Shown here piece after piece: positions 1 to 9,586 of a stretch of DNA of 64,000 nt. How positions within the stretch are numbered: position 1 is the stretch's first letter; every line of letters begins with the position of its first letter. Origin of the DNA: Anaerolineae bacterium (GTDB lineage Bacteria > Chloroflexota > Anaerolineae > S140-20); the NCBI GenBank assembly GCA_027021705.1, contig JALUTT010000170.1, positions 17,616 to 81,615 of the forward strand. The letters run 5' to 3'. Position numbers and translations under genes: made by a program. A model generated the notes under the pieces. The model searched no databases. It was not told the origin of the DNA and saw nothing but the letters and a program-made list of their open reading frames with translations.

Positions 1-168
1 CAGGCTGTTGGCCAGGGCCAGCCAGTGCCGGGCCAGGCCGTAGATCAACCGTTGTAACGCCAGGACCAGGCGGTATTGGCGATTGGAGAGGGACTTTTCA
101 CGTCCCTCCCGCTGCTGGGGCTGGAGAGAGGGAGCGAGCTTATCCGTCCCCTCGGCCTTGGGTCTCAC
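1..168 (-). CDS. 5' part of a membrane protein (DUF2085-like), runs off left edge
   Basis: Not in ORF track. GTG at 168 overlaps the TGA of the upstream gene (GTGA); reads MRPKAEGTDK...LQRLIYGLARHWLALANSL with no stop to the edge. Family call from recalled RHWLALAN motif. Confidence 0.55.
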   Translation of the reverse strand, partial: MRPKAEGTDKLAPSLQPQQREGREKSLSNRQYRLVLALQRLIYGLARHWLALANSL

Positions 169-1694
169 GCTTCGTCCTCGTCGCTTCCCGGTTCCTCAGC
201 TTCCCGCCGAACCCGCTCCAGCATGCTCTGCCAGCTTTCGACATCCATGTGTCCATCTTGCACGATAGCCACACCCTTGTCCCGAGCCAGTCGGAGGACG
301 TCGTCGGGCCAGTCCCGTCCGGCTGCTACCGGGAGAGCCAGGAGCCCCGTCTTGCGCAACACGGCTGCCCGCTCCAAGGCACGTGCTACGTCGGGTTCCT
401 CAACCCGCCACGAAGCCTCCACGACCAGCACCACCGGTTCCCCTGTTGCCCGGAGTCTCCCACCCCATAGCAGGTCGCTGGCCAGGGCATGGAGATACTC
501 TTCTTCGGAGATGCGACCGCTGTCCAACGCTTCTTGGAGGCGATCGGCCACGTCATTGGTGACATCTGTGCCGCGTCGCACCCAACGTCCGAAGATGCCG
601 GCGGCACGTTGGCGGTAAAAGACCTCTCGGGCATCTCCCTTCAGGTCCCTTACATCCTTCTTGAGGATCTTGATCTCCTCCCAGATGCGCTTACGATCCT
701 CGGCAGCTTCGGCGAAGCCCCGCCGACGCTCCTCGGCAGCTTCGGCGAAGCCCCGGGCCATCTCCTCCCGGATTCGCTTGCGGTCTTCGGCAGCCTCGGC
801 GAAGCCCCGCCGACGCTCCTCGGCAGCCTCGGCGAAGCCCCGGGTCATCTCCTCCCGGATTCGCTTGCGGTCTTCGGCAGCCTCGGCGAAGCCTCGGGCC
901 ATCTCCTCCCGGATCCGCTTGCGGTCTTCGGCAGCCTCGGCGAAGCCTCGGGCCATCTCCTCCCGGATCCGCTTGCGGTCTTCGGCAGCCTCGGCGAAGC
1001 CTCGGGCCATCTCCTCCCGGATCCGCTTGCGGTCTTCGGCAGCCTCGGCGAAGCGCCGCTCCATCTCCTCCCGGATCCGCTTGCGGTCTTCGGCAGCCTC
1101 GGCGAAGCGCCGCTCCATCTCCTCCCAGATCCGCTTGCGCTCCTCAGCGGCCTCGGCGAAGCCCCGCCGACGTTCCTCGGCAGCCTCGGCGAAGCGCCGC
1201 TCCATCTCCTCCCAGATTCGCTTGCGCTCCTCAGCGGCCTCGGCGAACTGCCGGGCCATCTCTTCCCAGATCCGCTTGCGCTCCTCAGCGGCCTCGGCGA
1301 AGCCCCGCCGACGTTCCTCGGCAGCCTCGGTGAAGCGCCGCTCCATCTCCTCCCAGATTCGCTTGCGCTCCTCAGCGGCCTCGGCGAACTGCCGGGCCAT
1401 CTCTTCCCAGATCCGCTTGCGCTCCTCGGCAGCTTCGGCGAAGCCCCGCCGGCGCTCTTCAGCGGCTTCGGCGAAGCCTTGCTCCACCCGCTTCGCAAGC
1501 CGTTCTAACGCCTCCTCGGTCTGCCGCTGAGCCTCGGCCAGGGCCTCAAGCGCACGGGGCAGGTTGAGAAAGACCTCCGGGAATAATGCTCGCAGGAGTC
1601 GCGCCCGCAGGTCGGGATTGGCCTCCAGAAGCTGTATCAGGTCATCGAAATCGCTTATGAAGAAGCTCATCTCCTTCAACGGTGTCTTTGCCAA
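165..1694 (-). CDS. Coiled-coil tandem-repeat protein with C-terminal PD-(D/E)xK-like domain
   Basis: 17 FAEAAE-anchored repeats; C-terminus SDLLWGG...VLVVEAS...DVARALERA. TTG at 1694 has AAGGAG 6 nt upstream; ORF track starts at 1754. Confidence 0.75.
   Translation of the reverse strand: MAKTPLKEMSFFISDFDDLIQLLEANPDLRARLLRALFPEVFLNLPRALEALAEAQRQTEEALERLAKRVEQGFAEAAEERRRGFAEAAEERKRIWEEMARQFAEAAEERKRIWEEMERRFTEAAEERRRGFAEAAEERKRIWEEMARQFAEAAEERKRIWEEMERRFAEAAEERRRGFAEAAEERKRIWEEMERRFAEAAEDRKRIREEMERRFAEAAEDRKRIREEMARGFAEAAEDRKRIREEMARGFAEAAEDRKRIREEMARGFAEAAEDRKRIREEMTRGFAEAAEERRRGFAEAAEDRKRIREEMARGFAEAAEERRRGFAEAAEDRKRIWEEIKILKKDVRDLKGDAREVFYRQRAAGIFGRWVRRGTDVTNDVADRLQEALDSGRISEEEYLHALASDLLWGGRLRATGEPVVLVVEASWRVEEPDVARALERAAVLRKTGLLALPVAAGRDWPDDVLRLARDKGVAIVQDGHMDVESWQSMLERVRREAEEPGSDEDEA
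680..1480 (-). repeat. Coding tandem array of 33-bp and 54-bp units
   Basis: Near-identical units such as cggcagcctcggcgaagc...; encode FAEAAEERRRG (11 aa) and FAEAAE(D/E)RKRI(W/R)EEM(A/E/T)R(G/R/Q) (18 aa). Confidence 0.95.
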
Positions 1695-1880
1695 GGGGAT
1701 CTCCTTGGAAAGGCGAGGGCGGTGGTCAACGTGAGTATGGAAAGTATACCACAAAAATGGGGAAAGAACACATGGGCAACCTCCGCCTTTGGCCTCTTTC
1801 GAGGCCGTGGGGAGATTGCCCGGTTGTCGGGCAAAGGCTGTTCAGGGGAGAAAGGGGACGCTTCCCACCTGACCAGGGCG

Positions 1881-2525
1881 CTACGGCGTCAAGACTTCCG
1901 CCAGGTAGTCGTTGATCTGAGCCGGGGTCATCGCCCCTACGTGGATGGCTCGGATAATGCCCTCCCGATCCACGAAAATGCTGGTGGGCAGCCCCATCGC
2001 CTGGTAACGTGATGATACCTCACCCTTGCTATCCAGCAGCGGGGTGAAGGTCAGACCGAACTCCTGGACGAAGCTGCGCACACTGCTGGCCGGTTCGGCC
2101 ACGCTGACGGCCAGGACGGTGAACCCTTTCTGATGGTTGGCCTCATAGGCATCCTGGATGGCGGGCATCTCCATCCGGCAGGGGGGGCACCAGGTGGCCC
2201 AGAAGTTGATCAAGACGACCTGACCCCGCAGGTCCGACAGGCGGACCGTCTTCCCATCCAGGGAAGGCAGCGCAAAGTCTGGGGCCGGATTTCCCACCTT
2301 CACCGATCCTGTCGAAGGGGCAACCTCGTTCGGGGCCTTTGTTGGGGAGACTTCGGTGGCACTGCTGCTTCCCAGGATCAGGTATACTCCTCCCGTCGCT
2401 AGGAAGAAGGCAAGGGCTCCCAGGACCAGGAGCATCCGACGGGAACCGGCGCGTCCGTTGGGCTGCACGCTTGTCCGCTTCCGGTGCGATGATCGGGTGG
2501 CCTTGTGCTGCTTCGCCTCTCCCAT
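1881..2525 (-). CDS. TlpA/ResA family membrane-anchored thiol-disulfide oxidoreductase
   Basis: TM helix, APDFAL, INFWATWCPPC, GLPTS. Confidence 0.92.
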   Translation of the reverse strand: MGEAKQHKATRSSHRKRTSVQPNGRAGSRRMLLVLGALAFFLATGGVYLILGSSSATEVSPTKAPNEVAPSTGSVKVGNPAPDFALPSLDGKTVRLSDLRGQVVLINFWATWCPPCRMEMPAIQDAYEANHQKGFTVLAVSVAEPASSVRSFVQEFGLTFTPLLDSKGEVSSRYQAMGLPTSIFVDREGIIRAIHVGAMTPAQINDYLAEVLTP

Positions 2526-2529
2526 CTGC

Positions 2530-3465
2530 TTACCCTCCGAAGAAAGCGATCACCCGCTCCTCCAGGCTGATGACCCAGAACTGTAGATCCACAAGCCACT
2601 GCTGGGCGCTGTTGGGCAGGAGTGACTGCACCGTCCGGCCCTGCACCATCAGCACCCCTAGCCCGATGAAGAGCAGACCGCTGACGATGTTGGTTGTGTG
2701 CAGCAGGAGCTCCCGACGTCCCAGGCGGACGACCCAGCCTTTGCCCCGCAGGATGCGCCAGAAGAGGCTGGTGCGAGGTTGATCCCCGAAGAAGGTGGAG
2801 ACCAGCATCAAGGGCAGACCCAGCCCCAGAGCATAGATGAAGAGCAATACGGTGCCCTGCAGGACCGTCTGGGCCGAGGCGGCCAGGGCCAGGATGGAGG
2901 CTAGGATAGGACCAACGCAAGGGGTGAGGGCGAAGCCGAAGGTCAGGCCGAAGAGGAAGGACCCCCCCAAGGTAGCTGAGGGATTGGTAGCGAAGTTGGG
3001 GCCGCTGAAGCCCATATCCAGCAACGTCATCAGGCCCAGGAGGATGATCACCGCGCCGCTGAGCATCGTCAGGGTCTGTAGGTGCTGGCGCAGAAAGCTG
3101 CCGATGAAGGAGGCCGAAGCGCCCAGGAGGGTGAAGACCAGGGCCAGCCCGACGAAGAAAGCGGTCGTCATCAGGGCGATTCGCCGGCGGTCCGACTGAA
3201 AGGTGAAGGCGAAATAGGCCGGCAAAATGGGCAGCGTGCAGGGGGAGGTGAAGCTGAGCACGCCGGCGATAAAGGCCAAGATGGTCAAGGCGACGAAGCT
3301 GGCATCGCCCAGATCGGCTGAGGGGCCCCCCTGCGTTTCGGAAGGAACTGGCCGGCCGAAGAGCAGGGCCACAACGATGAGGATGAAAGCCACCGCTGCC
3401 ATCGCCAGGATGATCCGCTTCAGCCAGGAGAGGTCCGTGAAGGAAGGCCCCGCCGACCTGAACAT
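2530..3465 (-). CDS. ccdA: Cytochrome c biogenesis protein CcdA (DsbD TM domain)
   Basis: SFTSPCTLPILP and TPCVGPIL motifs, multiple TM helices. Confidence 0.92.
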   Translation of the reverse strand: MFRSAGPSFTDLSWLKRIILAMAAVAFILIVVALLFGRPVPSETQGGPSADLGDASFVALTILAFIAGVLSFTSPCTLPILPAYFAFTFQSDRRRIALMTTAFFVGLALVFTLLGASASFIGSFLRQHLQTLTMLSGAVIILLGLMTLLDMGFSGPNFATNPSATLGGSFLFGLTFGFALTPCVGPILASILALAASAQTVLQGTVLLFIYALGLGLPLMLVSTFFGDQPRTSLFWRILRGKGWVVRLGRRELLLHTTNIVSGLLFIGLGVLMVQGRTVQSLLPNSAQQWLVDLQFWVISLEERVIAFFGG

Positions 3466-3466
3466 C

Positions 3467-3613
3467 CTACGACTTTTCCTCCTCGACCAGGCTCTCCAAC
3501 ATCCGCAGCTCTTTCTCCAGGTTCTTCTGGCGTTGGATCAAGCTGAAGACGTAGAAGAAGGTGAATCCCCAGAAGATCAGATAGGCGACGACCAGGTATC
3601 CAAGGGTTCCCAT
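3467..3613 (-). CDS. ccmD: CcmD family small membrane protein (48 aa)
   Basis: Not in ORF track. ATG at 3613 with GGAGGA RBS; MGTLGYLVVAYLIFWGFTFFYVFSLIQRQKNLEKELRMLESLVEEEKS (one TM plus charged tail), downstream of ccmC. Confidence 0.85.
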   Translation of the reverse strand: MGTLGYLVVAYLIFWGFTFFYVFSLIQRQKNLEKELRMLESLVEEEKS

Positions 3614-3833
3614 GGGGTTATCCTCCTTGCGTTGCAGGCCGGCATCGTTGCCACGCTCTGGAATTTAGACGCGGCATCCTTGCCAACCTTACTTCTTTTA
3701 GATGCAGAAAAGGCGACAAGGTTACATCGTTGGGATGCGGGTGAGGGCAAAGAAGTCCCCGGTTGCCTTTTGCAGCACCGGTGGGCATCCGCCCATCGGT
3801 GGTCTGTCCATCCGACAAGGCGGTCAGGCCGGC

Positions 3834-4535
3834 TCAGCGGATCAGAAGACGTTGGCGCAGGTAGGCCACCCGATCGCTCATCTTCTCCAGGCGGATCCGT
3901 GCCCGCAGCAGGACCAGGTACAGGACGGTGAAGGTCGCGATGGAGAAGAGCAGCGTGTGCAGCATCCGAGGGGTGATCGAGAAGCCACCTTGAGCTCCCG
4001 GCGCGTTGGGATTCAGGATGTCCGGATGGATGGTCCGCCACCAGCGGATGGCCATAAAGCTGAGGGGTACGGTGATGAAGGCGATGATTCCATAAACGGC
4101 GGCGAAGCGGGCGCGCCGACCGGGCTCTTCCAGCGCACCGCGCAGCATGAAGTAGGCCAAGTAGATCAACCACTGGATGGCACTGATGGTCAGACGGGGC
4201 TCCCAGGTCCACCAGGTGTTCCAGACGGGCCGGGCCCACAGGGAGCCGGTGATCAGCACCATCGTAATGAAGAGGGTGCCCACTTCGGCCGAGGAGAGGG
4301 CTAGGACATCCCAGCGCCGCTCCCGGCGGATCAGGTAGGCAATGCTGGCCAACATCGTGACGAAGAAGGCGAAGAAGCCGACCCAGGCGGCGGAGACGTG
4401 GAAGTAGAAGATGCGCTGCACATCTCCCATCGTCCTCTCGCGCGGCGCGTAGAGGAAGACCATCAACAGGGCCAGGGCGACCATCAGGGCCGCCAGGCCA
4501 GCGAGCAGGGGTTCCCAGTTCCTTGAGCGTGACAC
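3834..4535 (-). CDS. ccmC: Heme exporter protein CcmC
   Basis: RIFYFHV, WARPVWNTWWTWEPRLT (WWD-type domain), WWRTIHP. Confidence 0.95.
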   Translation of the reverse strand: MSRSRNWEPLLAGLAALMVALALLMVFLYAPRERTMGDVQRIFYFHVSAAWVGFFAFFVTMLASIAYLIRRERRWDVLALSSAEVGTLFITMVLITGSLWARPVWNTWWTWEPRLTISAIQWLIYLAYFMLRGALEEPGRRARFAAVYGIIAFITVPLSFMAIRWWRTIHPDILNPNAPGAQGGFSITPRMLHTLLFSIATFTVLYLVLLRARIRLEKMSDRVAYLRQRLLIR

Positions 4536-4574
4536 GGTTCCCTCCTGGGGTACGTGTTGCGTGGGACGTGTGGG

Positions 4575-5246
4575 TTACTCTTCCACGACGAAGTCGAAGA
4601 GCATCGTGCTGACTGTGACGATGATGACGTCGTAGACAACGAGCAGACGGAGCCAGTAGGCCACATCAGCGATAGGCAGGGCTTCCAGAAAGCCGCCAGT
4701 GGCCCGGACGGCGGCCATCAGCACGGGGACGGCGGCAGGCAGGAGCAGGATGGGCAACATCACCTCGCGGGCTCGGGTGTTGACGGCCATCGTGGCGAAG
4801 AGGGTGCCCACAGCAGCGTAGCCGGCTGTCCCTAAGAGCAGGGTCAGCAGCACGCCGGCCCGGAAGACGGGCAGGTTGAAGAGGACGGCGAAGACGGGCA
4901 GGACAACCGCTTCCACCAGGGTGATGAAGAAGAAGTTGCCGATGGCCTTGCCCAGGTAGATGGTGCTGCGGTCCATCGGGGCCAGCAACATCCCGTCGAA
5001 ACAGCGGTTCTGCTCTTCCTGGGCCATCGAGCGGCTGAGGCCCAGGCTCCCGGCGAAGGCCACGGTGACCCAGAGGACGCCGGGGGCCGTCTGTTGGGCC
5101 GTGGCTGCCCGCAGGTCCAGGGCGAAGCTGAAGATCAGCACCGTCAGCAAGGCGAAGACGAGCATCGAGCTGAGCATCTCTCGGGTGCGCAGCTCGGTGA
5201 TCACATCTTTGGTTAGGATGGCGAGGAGGCTGCGGAGGAAATTCAA
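4575..5246 (-). CDS. ccmB: Heme exporter permease CcmB
   Basis: KDVITELRT, PGVLWV, IYLGK, MLPILLLP; TTG at 5246 overlaps the upstream TGA (TTGA). Confidence 0.93.
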   Translation of the reverse strand: MNFLRSLLAILTKDVITELRTREMLSSMLVFALLTVLIFSFALDLRAATAQQTAPGVLWVTVAFAGSLGLSRSMAQEEQNRCFDGMLLAPMDRSTIYLGKAIGNFFFITLVEAVVLPVFAVLFNLPVFRAGVLLTLLLGTAGYAAVGTLFATMAVNTRAREVMLPILLLPAAVPVLMAAVRATGGFLEALPIADVAYWLRLLVVYDVIIVTVSTMLFDFVVEE

Positions 5247-6100
5247 AGACGCTCGCTCCAAGTTGTCTTTCGCCAGTGTGATGGTCCCAAATGCTCCACG
5301 AGACCCATGTCGCGAAGGATTTGAAGCTGTTGCCGGACCTTGGCCTGCACATTCCGATTGTTCGGGTAGTGTTGCCGGAAGACGGCTTCCCGGGCGTAGA
5401 GGTCCTGATTGGTGAACTCCCCGTCGGGCAGGTGGGTGTAAACCAACTTTAGCCAGCCGACAAGGTCATGGGCAAGGGGTGAGGGGCGTCGGAGATGCCG
5501 TACCTTCTCCCGAAACGCCCTGGTCAGGTCCCGGTCTGCTCGCCCGCCCTGCCGGGGACTGCGCCTCTTCCTCGTGCAAAGCGCTTCGTACAGCTCCAGG
5601 AACTCCTCATCGGGCTCGACGCGGTGGGGATCGAACTTGAGGCGGTTGTAGACCCCGTAGAGGTCGGAGATGATCTCCGTCTCCAGAGAGGCCTGGATGA
5701 CCATGTTGACTTCCACGTTGTCCTCCAACCCCCCTTGGGTCAAATTTGACGACCCCACGATGGCGACGACGTCTGCGTCGTTGCGCATCAGGTAGAGCTT
5801 CGGATGGTAAAGGGATGCGGTACCGGGATCGGTGTAGCAATACAGAGCCAATTGCGAAGCCCGGGACGTCTCGTACAGATGCCACAGTGCTTGGGGCTCG
5901 GTGACCGTCGCATCCAATCCGACGAGGAACTCTACGGCCCCTCCGGTCTGGAGCACCTTCTGGAGAGGAGGCCACACGCGATCCAGGCCCGATTGGGAGA
6001 GAAAGGCCACGGCGATCCTCACATCGCGGGAGCGTTCAAGAGCGGATTGCAGAACCGAGGCCATCGTCTGTTGAGCGTTGTCGGCGACGGTAATCTGCAT
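5243..6100 (-). CDS. PLD (HKD) family nuclease fused to DpnI-like winged-helix domain; candidate modification-dependent restriction endonuclease
   Basis: IAVAF, EFLVG, YHPKLY...IVGSSNLTQGGLEDNVE; C-terminal FTNQDLY...HYPNNRNVQAKVRQQLQILRDMGLVEHLG. Confidence 0.8.
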   Translation of the reverse strand: MQITVADNAQQTMASVLQSALERSRDVRIAVAFLSQSGLDRVWPPLQKVLQTGGAVEFLVGLDATVTEPQALWHLYETSRASQLALYCYTDPGTASLYHPKLYLMRNDADVVAIVGSSNLTQGGLEDNVEVNMVIQASLETEIISDLYGVYNRLKFDPHRVEPDEEFLELYEALCTRKRRSPRQGGRADRDLTRAFREKVRHLRRPSPLAHDLVGWLKLVYTHLPDGEFTNQDLYAREAVFRQHYPNNRNVQAKVRQQLQILRDMGLVEHLGPSHWRKTTWSERL

Positions 6101-6160
6101 CCTGGTGCCGCCTTTCTGGGAATTCCCCAAGCTGGATGACGGAGCTTTGCCGACGGGCGG

Positions 6161-6865
6161 TCACCCCGACACCACCCGCTCATACACACCGGGGAAAGCG
6201 TGCGGGTCAATCTCGCTCCGGGGGGCCTGGTAGACAACCTTGCCCCGGTTCAGGATGACGACCCGATGGCAGCGGTTCAGCGCCCGCTCGATGTTGTGGG
6301 TGGTGAGCAGGACAGTACGGCCGGCGGCGGCAACTTCCTGTAGGATCCCATCCAGGATGGCCGCTGCCCGCTGGTCTAGCCCTGTGTAGGGCTCGTCGAA
6401 GAAGACGAGGCGGGGTCGGTGCAGGACGGCCCGGGCGATGGCCAGCCGCTGTTGCATCCCCCGCGAGTAGGTGCGCACGGGGTCGTGCCGCCGCGCCGAC
6501 AGATCCACCATGGTCAGCATCTCGTCAATCCGCGCGTCCAGCTCCGAATTGTCCAGGCCGTAGAGCCGACCGTAGAAGCGCAGGTTCTCCTCGGCTGTCA
6601 GGTGGGGGTAGAGCAGGGTCTGGTGGGAGATGAGGCCGATCTGACGCCGGACGGCCGGCCCTGCCTTTTGCACATCGTAGCCGGCCACCTGCACCACCCC
6701 GGCCGTCGGTTTGCTCAGCGTGGCCAGGATGCGTAGCAGCGTCGTCTTGCCCGCTCCATTCGGCCCCAGGATGGAGACGAACTCCCCCGGCTCCACGTCC
6801 AGGTTCACACCCCGCAGCGCTGTGTGGACGCCAAAGGCCTTGACCAGTCCCCGCACGTGGATCAT
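6161..6865 (-). CDS. ccmA: Heme ABC exporter ATPase CcmA
   Basis: Walker A GPNGAGKT, YSRGMQQR, DEPYTGLD; ccm operon context. Confidence 0.93.
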   Translation of the reverse strand: MIHVRGLVKAFGVHTALRGVNLDVEPGEFVSILGPNGAGKTTLLRILATLSKPTAGVVQVAGYDVQKAGPAVRRQIGLISHQTLLYPHLTAEENLRFYGRLYGLDNSELDARIDEMLTMVDLSARRHDPVRTYSRGMQQRLAIARAVLHRPRLVFFDEPYTGLDQRAAAILDGILQEVAAAGRTVLLTTHNIERALNRCHRVVILNRGKVVYQAPRSEIDPHAFPGVYERVVSG

Positions 6866-8700
6866 CGTGCTTGCATCCGCTCGATCAGCTCCTCCACCAG
6901 CTCCGACCGCTCCCGACGGTACGTCGCTTCGTCCAGTTCGCCGGCCTCATAAGCGTCGTCTAGGTCGGCGATGGCCTCCAGCAGAGCCTGACGGTCGCTG
7001 GCGACGCGGACCCGGGCCAGCGCCTGGCGCGGCGACCATCCCTGCCAGATCAGGTAGGCAGCCACCACTCCCAGGGCCAGACCGATCAGCCCCAGTCCCA
7101 GGGCCTGGCGCTCGGTGGGGCCGGGTCGCCTGCTGGTCTCCCCCGCTGCCGTCGCCGTGGACGGTCGGGGCTTGCCTTTCATCTTCCACGAGACCTCCTG
7201 GCCCGGCGTGAGGGGACCTGTGCTGTAGTTGTAGACCACCTCCCCCTGCATCGGTACCGGCGTTGGCTCTCCCAATTGCTCGCTCTCAACAGTGATCCCC
7301 ACATCGGGTACCAACAGGTTGAGCGAGTTCACCGGATAGAGGAACCGACGGGTGATGACCAGCCCGTCCCGATAGGCTAGCGCATAGGAGAAGAGCAGTT
7401 CCGTTGTGCCCTCGCCAGGAAGCACGGGGGCCGTGTCTATGAACCCCTCGTCGGTCTCCGTGAAACGACCGGCCATCGTGCCCCGCTCGAAGCGCAGGTT
7501 GGTGGCTTCATCGGGCAGGGGGATCTGCAAGGAGCCGACATAGGTTCGGTCGCCTGCGTTGCTGACGATGTAGAGTTCGCCGATGCGCAGCCGGTCGGAG
7601 GCGGGGAAGTCGGCGAAGATGTGGACCCGATCGAAACGGATGGCGTCAGCCTGGTCGGTGGTCTCATACACGGTCAGGGTGACCTCGCCCTCGGGCTTGC
7701 TGACGGAGAGCTGGATAGCATCGCTGCCGTAGTTGACGCCTCGGTATTCCGTCGTGACCACGTAGGCAACTTGAGCTTCGGGGTCCAGGTCGGCGAAGCG
7801 GAAGGAACCATCGCTCTGGACGGTGGTCGAGAGGGTGCCGACCATCTTCACCTGCGGGCCGGCCTCGAAGGCGATGAGGGTGACGGTGATGCCCTGAGGC
7901 AGGACAGCCCCTGTCGTGCCGTTCACCACCTGTCCGGTGATGACGCCAGGACCGCCGGCGAAGGGGTCCTTGCCGGGCACGGCGAGGGCAGGCGGCGTGT
8001 AGTCGTAGCTGAAGGTGCGCAGGTAATCCACCACCTGCCAGCGGGCCTCCTCGTCGAGTTCGTCGGCAAAGGAGGGCATCCCTTTGGTGGGACGTCCCTG
8101 GGTCACGGTCTCGAAGAGCTCCTGTTGGCTCTTCTGGGCCATCATCGCCAGGTCGGTGAAGTCGGGCATTGGGCCGGGGGCTGCTGGCCCGCTCCCGGTG
8201 CCATCATCCCCGTGGCAGGCGGCACATCGGCCTTGGTAGATCCTCCGTCCTGCCTCAATCTGGTCCGAGGGCGTGCTCAACGTGTAGAGGTAGAAGACCA
8301 GGTCCCATCGCTCCTGCTCACTGAGGGGATTGCTGGAGGCTGGGCCAAAGGGGGGCATCGCCGTCCCCTGCCGGCCGTTGGTAATGGTCTCGAACCAACG
8401 GGCGGGTGTGGTGGCCCGAGCCAAGGCGGGATCGGTCAGGTCGGGCATCGGCAGCCCTACCGCCTGGGCCTGGGGACCATCCCCCTGGCCATTCTGACCA
8501 TGGCAGGGGAGGCAGCGTTGGGCAAAGATGCTCGCGGCTCGCTCGGGCGAAGGCTGGGAAGGGGGCCCCCCTTCCTGAGCGCGGGTCAGGGTCGGGAGTA
8601 GGGCAAGGGCAAAGGTGAAAGCAAGCCAGCCGGCGATCACCCTGCCGACCTGAAGCTTACCTTCTATCCAACGGGAACGGACTGACTTGTTCACGCTCAA
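6862..8700 (-). CDS. Membrane-anchored diheme c-type cytochrome with beta-rich middle region
   Basis: Signal peptide; CLPCH...MPPF and CAACH...MPSF class I domains; C-terminal TM then LEAIADLDDAYEAGELDEATYRRER. Confidence 0.85.
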   Translation of the reverse strand: MSVNKSVRSRWIEGKLQVGRVIAGWLAFTFALALLPTLTRAQEGGPPSQPSPERAASIFAQRCLPCHGQNGQGDGPQAQAVGLPMPDLTDPALARATTPARWFETITNGRQGTAMPPFGPASSNPLSEQERWDLVFYLYTLSTPSDQIEAGRRIYQGRCAACHGDDGTGSGPAAPGPMPDFTDLAMMAQKSQQELFETVTQGRPTKGMPSFADELDEEARWQVVDYLRTFSYDYTPPALAVPGKDPFAGGPGVITGQVVNGTTGAVLPQGITVTLIAFEAGPQVKMVGTLSTTVQSDGSFRFADLDPEAQVAYVVTTEYRGVNYGSDAIQLSVSKPEGEVTLTVYETTDQADAIRFDRVHIFADFPASDRLRIGELYIVSNAGDRTYVGSLQIPLPDEATNLRFERGTMAGRFTETDEGFIDTAPVLPGEGTTELLFSYALAYRDGLVITRRFLYPVNSLNLLVPDVGITVESEQLGEPTPVPMQGEVVYNYSTGPLTPGQEVSWKMKGKPRPSTATAAGETSRRPGPTERQALGLGLIGLALGVVAAYLIWQGWSPRQALARVRVASDRQALLEAIADLDDAYEAGELDEATYRRERSELVEELIERMQAR

Positions 8701-8878
8701 AGGCTATTCCCTTTCCTTGATGGCAAGCACGAATCCGATTTGCTTCTGGGGTCCCCTCAATGCTCAGGCTGGTGGCAGAAATGGGATGCCCTTGGTGCGA
8801 GACCTGCCAAGCCGGCATTGAGGTCAACGGAGGTTCGCTCCAAGAGGGGCTGCCTTTTCCGAATGGCCTCCTCCGGGC

Positions 8879-9460
8879 CTACTGGGCAGGCGCACCACAG
8901 CGGGCGCAGAACCGGTCATCGGAATCCAGAGGGGAGCCACACTGGGAGCAGACCGGCAGCGGGGTGCCACACCGGGAGCAGAAACGGTCTCCCGGATCCC
9001 CTCGATGCCCACAGGATGGGCAGGCAGGTCCCACCGCTGTTGACGTTTCGACGGTCGGCTCCCGGCCCCCGGAGGATGCCACAGCGGCGGGCTCCGCGAC
9101 CGGCTGGCCGCGCTGGCGTCGCAGTGCGGCGACCTGCCGCTCGATCTCGGCCTCCAGCGCTGCCCGCCCATCTCCACCGGTCAGTTCATCAATGCGTTTC
9201 AGAATCTCCACCCCCTGGGCAACGTACTGATCCCGCAGGGGTTTGTAGTCCTCTTCGGCGATCTTGCCGGTCTGGTAGTCGAAATCCAGTTCCCGGATGG
9301 CTGTGTAGATCGCCTCACGCTGCTCGTACAGTTCCTTCAATGGGTTCTCGTCGTCGGTGAGGGGAGCGGGTTCATCGGAGGACTGGAAGAGGGGGCGGAG
9401 AATCCAGGCGACGGTCACCAGCAGCAAGCCGGCTCCAAAAAGCAGGGCTCCAAGGTTCAT
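8879..9460 (-). CDS. CcmI-like N-terminus plus double zinc-ribbon protein
   Basis: TM, IRELDFDYQTGKIAEEDY, four CxxC pairs (CPSC, CSRC, CSQC, CARC); ATG 9460 preferred because the upstream extension is repeat-derived. Confidence 0.8.
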   Translation of the reverse strand: MNLGALLFGAGLLLVTVAWILRPLFQSSDEPAPLTDDENPLKELYEQREAIYTAIRELDFDYQTGKIAEEDYKPLRDQYVAQGVEILKRIDELTGGDGRAALEAEIERQVAALRRQRGQPVAEPAAVASSGGREPTVETSTAVGPACPSCGHRGDPGDRFCSRCGTPLPVCSQCGSPLDSDDRFCARCGAPAQ

Positions 9461-9464
9461 CGGT

Positions 9465-9563
9465 GCGTATTCCGTATTCCGTATTTCGTGTTTCGCATTT
9501 CGTGCTTCGTATGCCGTCCCGCCCTTCACGCTTCCTGGGCTCGTTTGGCGTTTCACGTCTCAC
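9465..9563. repeat. Degenerate heptamer tract (CGTATTC/CGTGTTT-like; TTCACGC-like)
   Basis: cgtattccgtattccgtatttcgtgtttcgcatttcgtgcttcgtat. Confidence 0.75.
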
Positions 9564-9586
9564 AGGCCGCGTGCTGCGGGGGGCGC

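Noticed and set aside
489..1530. Long plus-strand repetitive ORFs and a possible CRISPR-like array
   Set aside because: Antisense shadows of the coding repeat; units are multiples of 3 with no unique spacers and no cas genes.
3620..3830. ccmC-ccmD gap with two GGCATC(G/C)TTGCCA copies
   Set aside because: Possibly a REP remnant, but only two short copies; insufficient support.
9461..9556. N-terminal extension (YEARNAKHEIRNTEY) of the zinc-ribbon gene
   Set aside because: Translation of the heptamer repeat tract.
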